Virus record (IMG/VR): IMGVR_UViG_3300043399_001247
Location: 1-50,703 of that record
Strand: one strand, 5' to 3'
Source: a virus
Lineage: Duplodnaviria; Caudoviricetes
DNA length: 50,703 bases
The notes under the pieces were generated by a model. It was not told the DNA's origin, did no database searches, and saw nothing but the letters and a program-made list of their open reading frames with translations. The position numbers were made by a program, and so were the translations under genes. Positions 35,194-43,730 of this stretch are shown in pieces (within the stretch, counting starts at the first letter, position 1; every line of letters starts with the position of its first letter).

Positions 35194-35724
35194 TCAGGTC
35201 AGCTCGAACCGAGCGGACCGCTTTTGTCCAAGCTCCTGCAGGCCGTCACCCATGTCGAGCCGCGACTTGCTCGCGCGTGCTTGCTGCTCCATGAACTCAG
35301 CCGTGTCGGTGAGCTTCTCTTCTTCACGCATAGGCGCGTCGTGGTGCGCTTCTTGCATGAACTTTTCGTAGAGGGATTGGGGCAACTTGAACGCGAGCAT
35401 CTCGTTGACGCCGATGAACCCTACCCAATCGCCCGTCTTGAGCGTTGCGTAGTCCCAGCCGGGAACATCTTCCGGCTTCAGCGGTTCGTAGCCCAGACGC
35501 ATACGCATCTGGATCGAGTCACGAGGATTGGTCGTGGTGAGCCAGCACATGTGCCAGCCCGGTAACTTGGGCAAGTCCGGCAGAGAGGACTGGAAGAACT
35601 GTTGACGGAACATTTCAACCCGCTCGTCGTCGGAGATGGCGCGGTCTTCAACCACGGCGCGATCTTGCATCGCGCGGCTCTCGCGTCCCTCGCCAGCGGA
35701 TTTCTTCAGGCGTTCGTCGGTCAT
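35194..35724 (-). CDS. Conserved head-module hypothetical protein
   Basis: LPKLPGWHMCWL, GYEPL; AAAGGAG SD. Confidence 0.7.
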   Translation of the reverse strand: MTDERLKKSAGEGRESRAMQDRAVVEDRAISDDERVEMFRQQFFQSSLPDLPKLPGWHMCWLTTTNPRDSIQMRMRLGYEPLKPEDVPGWDYATLKTGDWVGFIGVNEMLAFKLPQSLYEKFMQEAHHDAPMREEEKLTDTAEFMEQQARASKSRLDMGDGLQELGQKRSARFELT

Positions 35725-35753
35725 TTCACTCGCTCCTTTCAGCGATTAAGCAA

Positions 35754-35782
35754 ATTATGTGTCGTTTCGGTTCAGAAGGCAA
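35754..35782 (-). promoter_or_regulatory. Sigma70-like promoter TTGCCT-N17-CATAAT
   Basis: 17-nt spacer; upstream of the capsid block. Confidence 0.6.
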
Positions 35783-35783
35783 T

Positions 35784-36767
35784 TCACGCCTTGCTGTTGC
35801 GGTCGTATTCGGCGTAGCGCTTCACGTACTTGGCGCGCAGCACCGGGTCGTCCCACACGCCCGCTTCGATGAGCGCTTGCTTGCGCTCTGGGCTGATGTA
35901 CACCTCACGGCGCGTGCTCGGCGGCGCGTGCTCGCGGCCAGACGCGATGCCGGGGCCGCCCCGGGGCTTACGCGTAGATGCGTCGTTGCTCTTGCCAGGC
36001 GCATCTCCGTTGAACCGTTCGGGCAGGCGGCGCGCCGCGCGGTCGCGGAGCTCGTCCCAGTAGTCTTCGCTCTTGGGGTCGAAGCCTTCGCGCACGAGCG
36101 CTTGGTCAATCGCCATCACGATGGCGCTGTCTTCGTCGCGGCCTTGCACGTCGTACCACTTGTTCTCCGCCATGAAGCGCTGCGCGTGCCGCAGCGTGAG
36201 GTCGTCGACGGGGGCGGGCTTGGCGGCCTGAGCAGCCTGAGCAGCGGCTTGTTGCTTGGCGTAGGCGAGCTGCTGGGCGCGTTCGCGCGCTTGGTCGCGA
36301 TACGTGAGCGCCTGTGCAACGTCGTCACCGTTGCCTGCGGCGACGGCCTTGGCGATCACCTGGTCGGCCATCTTCGCTTCGTTCAGCGCGCGGGCGATCT
36401 GCGAATCCAGCGTGTTGATGTCCTGCTGCTGCGTGCGACGCTCCACGCCCACCAGGCGGCGCTCGAGCTCGTCGTTTTGCTTGCGCAGGAAGTCGAGCTC
36501 GATCTTGTCGCGCTTGATCGCTTCGTCGCGGCGGGCCTTGCGCTCGAGCTTTTCCTTGCGGCGGCGCTCGCGGATCGCCTCGCGCTCCTTGTCGTCCGGA
36601 TCGTCCGGGTCGAGGTCGTCTTCGTCGGAGTTGCCGCTCAGGCGCTTGTCGTCGTCGGCGTCGTCGTCAGACTCAGCGTTGTTGGTGAGCTTGTTGGGGT
36701 CCTCGACAATGACAATCTCTTCTTGGTTGTCGTCGTCTTCCTTGAGGATGTTCTTGCTGTCAGCCAT
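35784..36767 (-). CDS. Putative scaffolding protein
   Basis: Acidic N-terminus, long coiled coil, NKWY, YWDEL; lies between portal and MCP. Confidence 0.65.
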   Translation of the reverse strand: MADSKNILKEDDDNQEEIVIVEDPNKLTNNAESDDDADDDKRLSGNSDEDDLDPDDPDDKEREAIRERRRKEKLERKARRDEAIKRDKIELDFLRKQNDELERRLVGVERRTQQQDINTLDSQIARALNEAKMADQVIAKAVAAGNGDDVAQALTYRDQARERAQQLAYAKQQAAAQAAQAAKPAPVDDLTLRHAQRFMAENKWYDVQGRDEDSAIVMAIDQALVREGFDPKSEDYWDELRDRAARRLPERFNGDAPGKSNDASTRKPRGGPGIASGREHAPPSTRREVYISPERKQALIEAGVWDDPVLRAKYVKRYAEYDRNSKA

Positions 36768-36768
36768 G

Positions 36769-37053
36769 TCAGATCTCCATCCAGTCTTCAGCGAGCATGT
36801 CGGATTGGCTGGCGAGCCATCCGGGCAGATAAGTGTTCTGTGCGGTCCACATGTCGATGTGGGGCAAGATCTTCATTTCGCTCAAGCCGCGCGACTCCAG
36901 AAAGTCGGCGCTGATGGGGCTGTTGGGGCGCAAGTCTTCTTTGCGGACAGCATAGCCTCCCGCCATGAGCAGGAACATGCCCTTGCCATTCCAACCTTCG
37001 CGGGCAACCTTCTTGCCGCTCTTGAGCGCGGCGATTGCTTCACCAAAATTCAT
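36769..37053 (-). CDS. DUF2829 protein (Tad2-like anti-defence sponge)
   Basis: MNFGEAI..LK.GKKVAREGWNGKGMFL...WLASQSDMLAEDW. Confidence 0.85.
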   Translation of the reverse strand: MNFGEAIAALKSGKKVAREGWNGKGMFLLMAGGYAVRKEDLRPNSPISADFLESRGLSEMKILPHIDMWTAQNTYLPGWLASQSDMLAEDWMEI

Positions 37054-37064
37054 TGTCATCTCCT

Positions 37065-37460
37065 TCAGATGAATGCTCGGATCGCCAACGGGTCGCCCGT
37101 CACGCGGCCGATGATGTCGAGGTCGTTGAAGATGCAAAACAGCGCCTCTTCTCCATCCTTGTTTGGAACAGACCAGCGGTCGCCGCCGTACTTGGCTACG
37201 CGGACGTACTCACCCGGGGCGCACCAGCTTCCTTCAGGCCACGAATCCATCGTGTTCCGGTTCTTGAACGCCAGCGGGCCAACAGAGATGACCTTGGCGA
37301 TCTGGGTGTTCCAACGCTCGGTGTCTCGAGAGCCGTTGTCGATGATGATGCCGGAAGCAGTTTTGGTCTTTGGAGTTCTGATTTGCACCAGAACGCGCGA
37401 TCCAAACGGCTGGATGCCGGGATCAATTTCCGGAAATGCTTCCTTCAGTTCTTCGCTCAT
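37065..37460 (-). CDS. groES: GroES-like co-chaperonin
   Basis: QPFGSRVLV, KTASGIII, KVISVGP, KYGG, DIIG. Confidence 0.85.
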   Translation of the reverse strand: MSEELKEAFPEIDPGIQPFGSRVLVQIRTPKTKTASGIIIDNGSRDTERWNTQIAKVISVGPLAFKNRNTMDSWPEGSWCAPGEYVRVAKYGGDRWSVPNKDGEEALFCIFNDLDIIGRVTGDPLAIRAFI

Positions 37461-38031
37461 TGTCTTCTGCTCCTTTCAGCAGGTTGAGTTTTTGATGCTG
37501 ATTGCGCTTTGTCGCGGACAACTTCGCTTTTTGTTCAGCTGTCCAGACCCTTCCAGGCTTGCCTTTCATGGCGGCAGAACGAGCAGCGCGGCTCTCGTCC
37601 GTCCAGCTTCTACCGCGCATGGCGGCAGAGCGCTTGGCCCGAAAATCGTCGTCCGCCCACTGCGCAGACACAACGCGGGAGCGGGATTGGTTTTGGTCGC
37701 TCGTCCAGGAGCGGCCCTTGAATCGCCTTGAGGTCGCTTCGCTCATCGCGCGCTTGATCCAACCATAGATCCGGTTGCAACTGCGTGCGTTTGTCGGGCT
37801 TATCGCCATCATATTCGCGGCCAAAACCAAAGCGATCACGCCCGGATTCATTTTGACAAGCAACTGATGGGCGACGTAATGCTCTTCCGGCGTCAACTCG
37901 ACAAGGTTGTCCGCTTCGTCGCTGCCGCCAATGCAGCGCGGCTTGATGTGGTGGCGCTCGGTGTAGCCTTCTGGGCGAGAGCGCAGCCTGGCACGCTCGA
38001 TCAGCTTGCCGTAATGAAGTTCGTAGTTCAC
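37423..38031 (-). CDS. HNH homing endonuclease
   Basis: ERHHIKPRCIGG.D...NLVELTPEEHYVAH plus basic NUMOD-like repeats. Confidence 0.88.
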   Translation of the reverse strand: MNYELHYGKLIERARLRSRPEGYTERHHIKPRCIGGSDEADNLVELTPEEHYVAHQLLVKMNPGVIALVLAANMMAISPTNARSCNRIYGWIKRAMSEATSRRFKGRSWTSDQNQSRSRVVSAQWADDDFRAKRSAAMRGRSWTDESRAARSAAMKGKPGRVWTAEQKAKLSATKRNQHQKLNLLKGAEDNERRTEGSISGN

Positions 38032-38225
38032 AAGTCTGGATCGCCGTCGCGTTCGTCCTTGATCAGGTCCAGCAGCGTGTTGATGGCTGCTTCGTACCCG
38101 TTGACCATGCCGGTGCGGTAGCCGTATTCGAACGCGTCGCGCTGCAGCGGCCGAGTGAGGCCTTCGAGCGCGAACTCGGCTTGCCGCGCCTTCAGCGCGT
38201 TGAGCAACCGTTGCTCAATGTTCAT
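38028..38225 (-). CDS. Hypothetical protein
   Basis: Coupled ORF; FEYGYRTG motif; usual position upstream of phage groES. Confidence 0.65.
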   Translation of the reverse strand: MNIEQRLLNALKARQAEFALEGLTRPLQRDAFEYGYRTGMVNGYEAAINTLLDLIKDERDGDPDL

Positions 38226-38362
38226 GCGGGGGTGCGCGGACCGGCGGGCGGGGCCGGGGGCAGCGACTTGCCGTCCACGGGCAGCCCAGCGGCCATGCGG
38301 TGCTTTTGCTTCACCGCGCCGTTGTTCATCGGCACTTGCGCGTTGTTGGGGGTATCAGCCAT
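38222..38362 (-). CDS. Small hypothetical protein (46 aa, absent from the ORF track)
   Basis: AGGAG SD, MADTPNNAQVP..., ATGA coupling to next gene. Confidence 0.55.
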   Translation of the reverse strand: MADTPNNAQVPMNNGAVKQKHRMAAGLPVDGKSLPPAPPAGPRTPA

Positions 38363-38377
38363 TGCGATTTCTCCTGG

Positions 38378-40861
38378 TTAAGGGTTTGGGTTCACACCGG
38401 TGCCCGTGCTCACCGAGAAGCGCTCGCCGGTGGCAATTTCCATGTTGGCGAGCGTGAGCGCGGTGTTGTTGTCGGCGTTGTTCATGCTGACGCGGGCGGC
38501 CAGCTCTTGCTGAGTGCGCTGGTTCTCGGCTTCTTGCCGCAGCAGCTCGCGCTCGACCTCGGCCTTGCGGTCGGCCTCTTTCTGCGCAGCGTTGACCTGA
38601 GCGGTTTGTTGCTGCAGCGCGAGGCGCGCCTGATCGCTCTGAGCGCGTTGGGCCAGGGCGGCTTGTTGCACCTGCGCGTTGAGCTGAGCGACTTGCATCG
38701 AGTTGTCGGGCGGCATGGGCGGTTGCGGCTTGAACTGCTGGGCGACCTGGTCCAGCTGCGCCAGCTGTTGAACGAAGCCGCCGAGTTGCTGCTCGATGAA
38801 CTGTTGCACCTGCAGGATCACGGCCACCTGTTCCTCGGCTTCCTTCTGGATCAGGTTGTCGCGCTGCGCCTTGTCGACGGCGTCGTGCGCTTCGGCCAGG
38901 TAGTAGTTCAACAGGTGGTCCCGCAGGTGCGTGGCCATCGGGTACAGGTACGTCCGCGCGATCACCGGGTTCTGCCCGAACACGGGCGACGCGGCGAACG
39001 CCATGTGCGCCTTCAGGTGCGCAATGTGGTCCTGCATCGGCAACACGTAGACGGGCCGCCCCATGGTCGCGGCGACGTTCTCGCTGACCGGGTCGATGTC
39101 TTCGCTGGCGGGCTTGGGTTGCAACACCTCGTCCGTCGAGACCTTCATCTGGCGGAGGAACATCTCCTCCACCTTCCGCTGGTCGTACATACCCGGCAGC
39201 AACGCCGCGCGCTGCATGATCGCTTGCGTCTGAGCGAAGCGCTGCGCGTCGCTGAAGATCTCCGGGTCGCTCACCGGCACCACGTCCATGGGGCCGTCGA
39301 AGTCGGCGGGATTGATCTCGATCGCGTCGCCGAGCTGCTGCTTCAGGTCTTCTTCGTTCAGGTAGGCCGAGTTGATGCGGTGCAGCACCTTGAACAACCG
39401 GCTCATCGACGCGTGCATGCGCGCGTGGATCGAGCTGAACACCACCATGCCCTGCTCGATGAGCGCCATGGTGGTGCCGACCGGGGCGTTGGCGTTCTGG
39501 TCGGAGAGCTTTTCGAACGAGGTTTGCACCACGCCCTTGCCCGCGTCCACCAGGAAGCCCAGCAAGCTGAACAGAGTAGGCGACGGGCCCGGGAACGGCA
39601 TCGGCATCACGAGCTTGCGGATGTCGTCGATCATCGCGCCGCCCTCGATCTCGGCGACCTCGGTCGGCTGCACGTTCAGGGTCTGGCCGGAGGGGCCGCC
39701 CTTGAGCTTCAGGACGGTGGGGACGTTCTGGATGTGGGCGCTGTCCAGCAAGGCGCGCAGCGCGCCGGTCGCCGCGCCAGAGAGGCCGCCGATCATGTGC
39801 GTGAGGCCGATCGGGTACGCGCCGCGCCAGGGCACGAAGCCGAACTCGACGATCCAGTCGAGCTGTTCCTTGGCTGCGTCGTCCAAATCCCAGTTGCGGT
39901 ACAGCGCCAGCGCCTGCATCGAGCTCTTGTCGATGGAGAGGATGTAAGGCTCCATCCCGTCGCCGAAGTCGAGGTAAGTGTACACCTCCAACACCGTGCG
40001 CAACCCGTCTTCGTTGTAGGCGGATTGCTTGCGGCCTTCGATCTTGTCGTTGGCCTTGGACGCCTTGCTGAACTCCGGCTCCGAGGGCGCGCCCAGGTTC
40101 ACGTCGCGGTAGAGGCCTGCGGCCACGCGCTTGTTGTACGTGAAGTCGGTGATGTACTGCACGTGCGTCTTGCGCTCGGCAGTGTAGAAGTTGGTCGCTG
40201 CGAAGGGCAGCAGCATGTCGTCGATCGGCACAAACTCCACGTCCGGCCGCCGGTGCTGCGGATTCCACATCGCCTTCAGGTATTGGCCCCCGCCCAACGG
40301 CAGCTGCGTCGTGAGCTGCTCGAGCTCGGCGCGGAAATTCTGGATCTGCTCGGTGGCCTGCCAGTTCATGAAGTCGGCCTTGCGCTGCGCCTTGAGCACC
40401 TTGTCGCGCTCTTGCTCGCCCAAGATCTTCGACTTCACCGGGCCGGTGGGCGGGAACAGCTCCTTCATCGCGCGGGCGCTGAAGTCCACGCACGCTTCGA
40501 CCAACATCGGGTGCACGACCTTGTTCGCGCCGCTGAACTGAGCGCCCCCGGGCGCGTCGTCGCCGAGCCCTGTGCGGCGCAAGCCCTCCTCGTAGAGCTT
40601 GTCGCGCTTTTCGCGCGCTTCCTTGTCCTTTTCGATCTTGTCGAGCAGGTCACTGACGTAGCCGCTCAGGGCGGATTGGTCCACCTCGTCGACGATGTTG
40701 GCAAAGTGGTCCTGCGCCGCGCGCTCTTGCGCGACCGCCTCCATGCGCACGACCGCGCCGCCGTCTTCGGTGTCCTCGATTTCGAGCTCGTCGTCTTCGA
40801 ACTCGACTGATTCACCTTCCTCGGGCAGACCCAGGTCGTCGTCTTCTGTCATTTCAGCCAT
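38378..40861 (-). CDS. Portal protein
   Basis: VHPMLVEACVDF, ELFPPTGPVK, LRALLDSAH, APVGTTMALIEQG, VPVSDP; Gln-rich C-terminal barrel. Confidence 0.88.
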   Translation of the reverse strand: MAEMTEDDDLGLPEEGESVEFEDDELEIEDTEDGGAVVRMEAVAQERAAQDHFANIVDEVDQSALSGYVSDLLDKIEKDKEAREKRDKLYEEGLRRTGLGDDAPGGAQFSGANKVVHPMLVEACVDFSARAMKELFPPTGPVKSKILGEQERDKVLKAQRKADFMNWQATEQIQNFRAELEQLTTQLPLGGGQYLKAMWNPQHRRPDVEFVPIDDMLLPFAATNFYTAERKTHVQYITDFTYNKRVAAGLYRDVNLGAPSEPEFSKASKANDKIEGRKQSAYNEDGLRTVLEVYTYLDFGDGMEPYILSIDKSSMQALALYRNWDLDDAAKEQLDWIVEFGFVPWRGAYPIGLTHMIGGLSGAATGALRALLDSAHIQNVPTVLKLKGGPSGQTLNVQPTEVAEIEGGAMIDDIRKLVMPMPFPGPSPTLFSLLGFLVDAGKGVVQTSFEKLSDQNANAPVGTTMALIEQGMVVFSSIHARMHASMSRLFKVLHRINSAYLNEEDLKQQLGDAIEINPADFDGPMDVVPVSDPEIFSDAQRFAQTQAIMQRAALLPGMYDQRKVEEMFLRQMKVSTDEVLQPKPASEDIDPVSENVAATMGRPVYVLPMQDHIAHLKAHMAFAASPVFGQNPVIARTYLYPMATHLRDHLLNYYLAEAHDAVDKAQRDNLIQKEAEEQVAVILQVQQFIEQQLGGFVQQLAQLDQVAQQFKPQPPMPPDNSMQVAQLNAQVQQAALAQRAQSDQARLALQQQTAQVNAAQKEADRKAEVERELLRQEAENQRTQQELAARVSMNNADNNTALTLANMEIATGERFSVSTGTGVNPNP

Positions 40862-43100
40862 AAATTTCCTCGCTGAGCTTCTGCGCCAAGGCGTCGATTG
40901 TCGCCGGGTCATAGCTGTCTGTCCCCGGCGCAGATGTGTTCACTGAGCCGCCCCGGGCGAACGGGATGAAGTCCGGCCCCTCGTCGGCGCGGCCTTGCGG
41001 ACGCGGCGGCTCCCAATCTGGGAACAGGTCGGGCATCTCGCCGGGTTGACGCGGAGAGGCGGGTGCGGAAGGCAGCGTTGTGCGGCCGTATTGTTCGAGC
41101 AGCGGCGTGAGCTCGTCCTGCGTGACGTAGCGAGGCACGTCCACCCCTGCAGCCTTCATCCGCTGACCCAGGTCGCTGGCCGGGTCCAAGGGGATGAGGG
41201 CGGCGTTGTCCAGGTCTTGCACGCGGCTCCACTTGCCGCTCTTGACGAAGTCGTGCACAAACGGCAGCAGCGCGGCGTCCGGTTCGTCCGCGTACCCCGT
41301 GCCCTTGTGGCGCAGGCGCTGCATGGTGTCCTTCTTGCCGGAGCCTTTGATTTGAATGATCTCGTCTGCTTCATCACCATACGAAGCAAACTCCGGCTTC
41401 AACCGAGCGTACACCTCGTCGTAAATCGCTTCTATTGAACGTGCATCGCCTGCGTCTTTCAAAGCCCAAGATTCGTTCTCCGCTGCACGGCGCAACTCTT
41501 CTTCGCTTCCTTCCGCAACAATCTTTTTCCCTCCAGGACGCACCTCGATCGTCACTTGTGGCTGCCCCTTCTTGTCGCGCAAGGAGAAGATGCGGGTGGA
41601 GCCGAGCGCGACGTCCTCACAGTAATCGCCCACGCAGTTGCCCATCAGGTCGCCCTCGCGCTTGAGGGCGCGTTCGAGGGCGTCGAGGTTGCCGGGTTCG
41701 TCGGGCGTCGCGCCGCGCTGGCGCAGGGCGTAGGTGGCGCGCGCTTCGTCCATCGCGCCGGGCACATCCAGGTCGTAGCCTTCTTGCCCGAGCCATTGCT
41801 GGAATTTTTTGTCGTTGACGTCGGGCAGGTCTTCTGCGCCGACACCTTTGGGCATCTTCAACTCCACCCAGCGCATGCCCGCCTCGGGGTATTCCTTGAA
41901 CACCTGGATCGCGGGGTTGGCGAGCTCGGCTTGTTCGTCGAGCCAGGCCTTGTACGAATCGAGCTTCTCGATCGCTTGCGGCAGAGAGGTCTTCTTCAAG
42001 TCCTCAGGCTTGAGCCGCATGTTGCGCGGGAGATTCTCGCCAGCGGCGAGCATTTCGCGCAGACCTTGCGTGATCACGTCCAAGCCCATGTCGCCCGCGC
42101 CGCCCGTGATCTCGTGCACGCGAGTGCCCGGGGGCAGATCCTTGAGCCAAGGGTTCTGGCGCATGAGCTCGGGCACGCCGCCATATTTCTTGAGCAGCTG
42201 CTCAACGGTCGGGTTGTCGACCATCGAGTCAGCAATGTTCTCCCACCCTGCAGCGCGGCGCATCGAGGCGAACTGTTCTTCGGAGAGGGGCGCGGTGGCG
42301 CTTTGCAACGGCTCGAGCGAGACACCCTCCTCCGGGAAGCCCGCAGCCTTGCGCCGGGAGATCACTTCCTCCGGCACCCAGCCCTCCGCCATCATCAGGT
42401 CTTCCGACGGCAATGGGTGAACACCGCGCGAGGCCAGTGTGCGCAGCGAGTCGACGGGTGTCGCCAGCTCGTTGCGCAGGTAGTTGCCCAGCTTCTGTTC
42501 GACCCAGTCGTTGAGCGCGCTGGCGGGCGCTTTTGAACGAGCCTCAGCGATGCGCGCGGGCATGTCCTCTTCCGGCACGTCCAGGGCGCGCATCATCTGG
42601 CGCCAACTCTCTTGCGTCGGCTCCCTGACCTTGAGCGGCTCCAGTGTGCGCTCGACCGTGCCGGCGAGCCAGTTGCCGCCCCGGGGCTTCACGACGTTCA
42701 CGGGCGGTTGCCCAGCGGCCATGACGAAGTCGCGCCCCGCCTTGCGCACGGCCCCAGGAGCGCCAGCGATGAGCCGCAGGGGCGAGCCGGGGCCGCCGTA
42801 GAAGCCGCCCGCCAGCTGCGCAGCGCCCGTGAAGGCGCGGCCCGTCGGGGAGGCCTGGCTGATGGCGCGGCCCGGCAGTCGGCGCTCGACGTCCTCGCTC
42901 GTGGGCAGGACGGTCTCTTCGCTCAGGCCGGGGAGCATGCGCACGAACGACTCAATGTCGCCCGGCGCGCCCAGCACGCCTGAGGCGAACCCGCGCAGCG
43001 CGGAAAGCGGCGCGTCGGCCGCAGCGCGCCGGTCGTTGAGCTCCGGGCGGCGACGCCCGGCGGAGCGGTAGCCTATGAATGGGCGTTGTTCATCGGCCAT
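40854..43100 (-). CDS. Large protein with PcfJ-like domain
   Basis: LKREGDLMGNCVGDY...IFSLRD..GQPQVTIEV...IIQIKG. Confidence 0.65.
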   Translation of the reverse strand: MADEQRPFIGYRSAGRRRPELNDRRAAADAPLSALRGFASGVLGAPGDIESFVRMLPGLSEETVLPTSEDVERRLPGRAISQASPTGRAFTGAAQLAGGFYGGPGSPLRLIAGAPGAVRKAGRDFVMAAGQPPVNVVKPRGGNWLAGTVERTLEPLKVREPTQESWRQMMRALDVPEEDMPARIAEARSKAPASALNDWVEQKLGNYLRNELATPVDSLRTLASRGVHPLPSEDLMMAEGWVPEEVISRRKAAGFPEEGVSLEPLQSATAPLSEEQFASMRRAAGWENIADSMVDNPTVEQLLKKYGGVPELMRQNPWLKDLPPGTRVHEITGGAGDMGLDVITQGLREMLAAGENLPRNMRLKPEDLKKTSLPQAIEKLDSYKAWLDEQAELANPAIQVFKEYPEAGMRWVELKMPKGVGAEDLPDVNDKKFQQWLGQEGYDLDVPGAMDEARATYALRQRGATPDEPGNLDALERALKREGDLMGNCVGDYCEDVALGSTRIFSLRDKKGQPQVTIEVRPGGKKIVAEGSEEELRRAAENESWALKDAGDARSIEAIYDEVYARLKPEFASYGDEADEIIQIKGSGKKDTMQRLRHKGTGYADEPDAALLPFVHDFVKSGKWSRVQDLDNAALIPLDPASDLGQRMKAAGVDVPRYVTQDELTPLLEQYGRTTLPSAPASPRQPGEMPDLFPDWEPPRPQGRADEGPDFIPFARGGSVNTSAPGTDSYDPATIDALAQKLSEEIYG

Positions 43101-43728
43101 GGCAAGCACACTCCTTCATCTGGGCCAGCCCGCCTCGGGCTTTGTTCACTGATCCGCCGCCAGCGTAATCGTACTTGGCCGCAATGGGCTTCGAGGGTAC
43201 AACTGCGACGCCAGGCTTGAACATGGTGGACGGGCGCTCAGCAGCGGCTTGCACAAGGTCTTCCAGCTCGCGCTGACTGCGAGCCCGTGCCGCGAGAGCG
43301 AGCCCGACCCGGTTGTTGTGCAGGTCGTACTCGTAATCCTCAGGCATCTTGCCGAGACCCAGCGCGTAGCGCAATGCGTACAAGGGTGACTCTTTCCACT
43401 CGTGGAGCTTGCCCAAGAACTCGGCGACACCAGGCGTGTACTTGCGCGCGGCAGTGCCCGCAGCGAGCATGTGCCGAGCGGCGTCGCGCTGGTCGTCTAC
43501 TCCGCTTTGACCGGGGTACATGTCCCCGGCGACATGCTTGGCGTAGTCTGACAGGCCGATCAGCGTCGGAGGCTTCACCTCGCCACCCTCGGCGTACTTG
43601 CCCGAGCGCTTGTCGGCGGCCATGAAGTCGCGGCCGACGGAGGGCTTGATTCCGACCTTCTTGGCGAAGGCGGGTGAGTGGGCGACTGCGGCCATCAGGC
43701 GGTGCTGTGCGGGGCTGCTGGAGGGCAT
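43090..43728 (-). CDS. Hypothetical protein with DAARH...DLHNN (DUF6973-like) domain
   Basis: N-terminal MPSSSPAQHRLMAAVAH module, then DAARHML...YDLHNNRVG. Confidence 0.6.
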   Translation of the reverse strand: MPSSSPAQHRLMAAVAHSPAFAKKVGIKPSVGRDFMAADKRSGKYAEGGEVKPPTLIGLSDYAKHVAGDMYPGQSGVDDQRDAARHMLAAGTAARKYTPGVAEFLGKLHEWKESPLYALRYALGLGKMPEDYEYDLHNNRVGLALAARARSQRELEDLVQAAAERPSTMFKPGVAVVPSKPIAAKYDYAGGGSVNKARGGLAQMKECACHGR

Positions 43729-43730
43729 GT

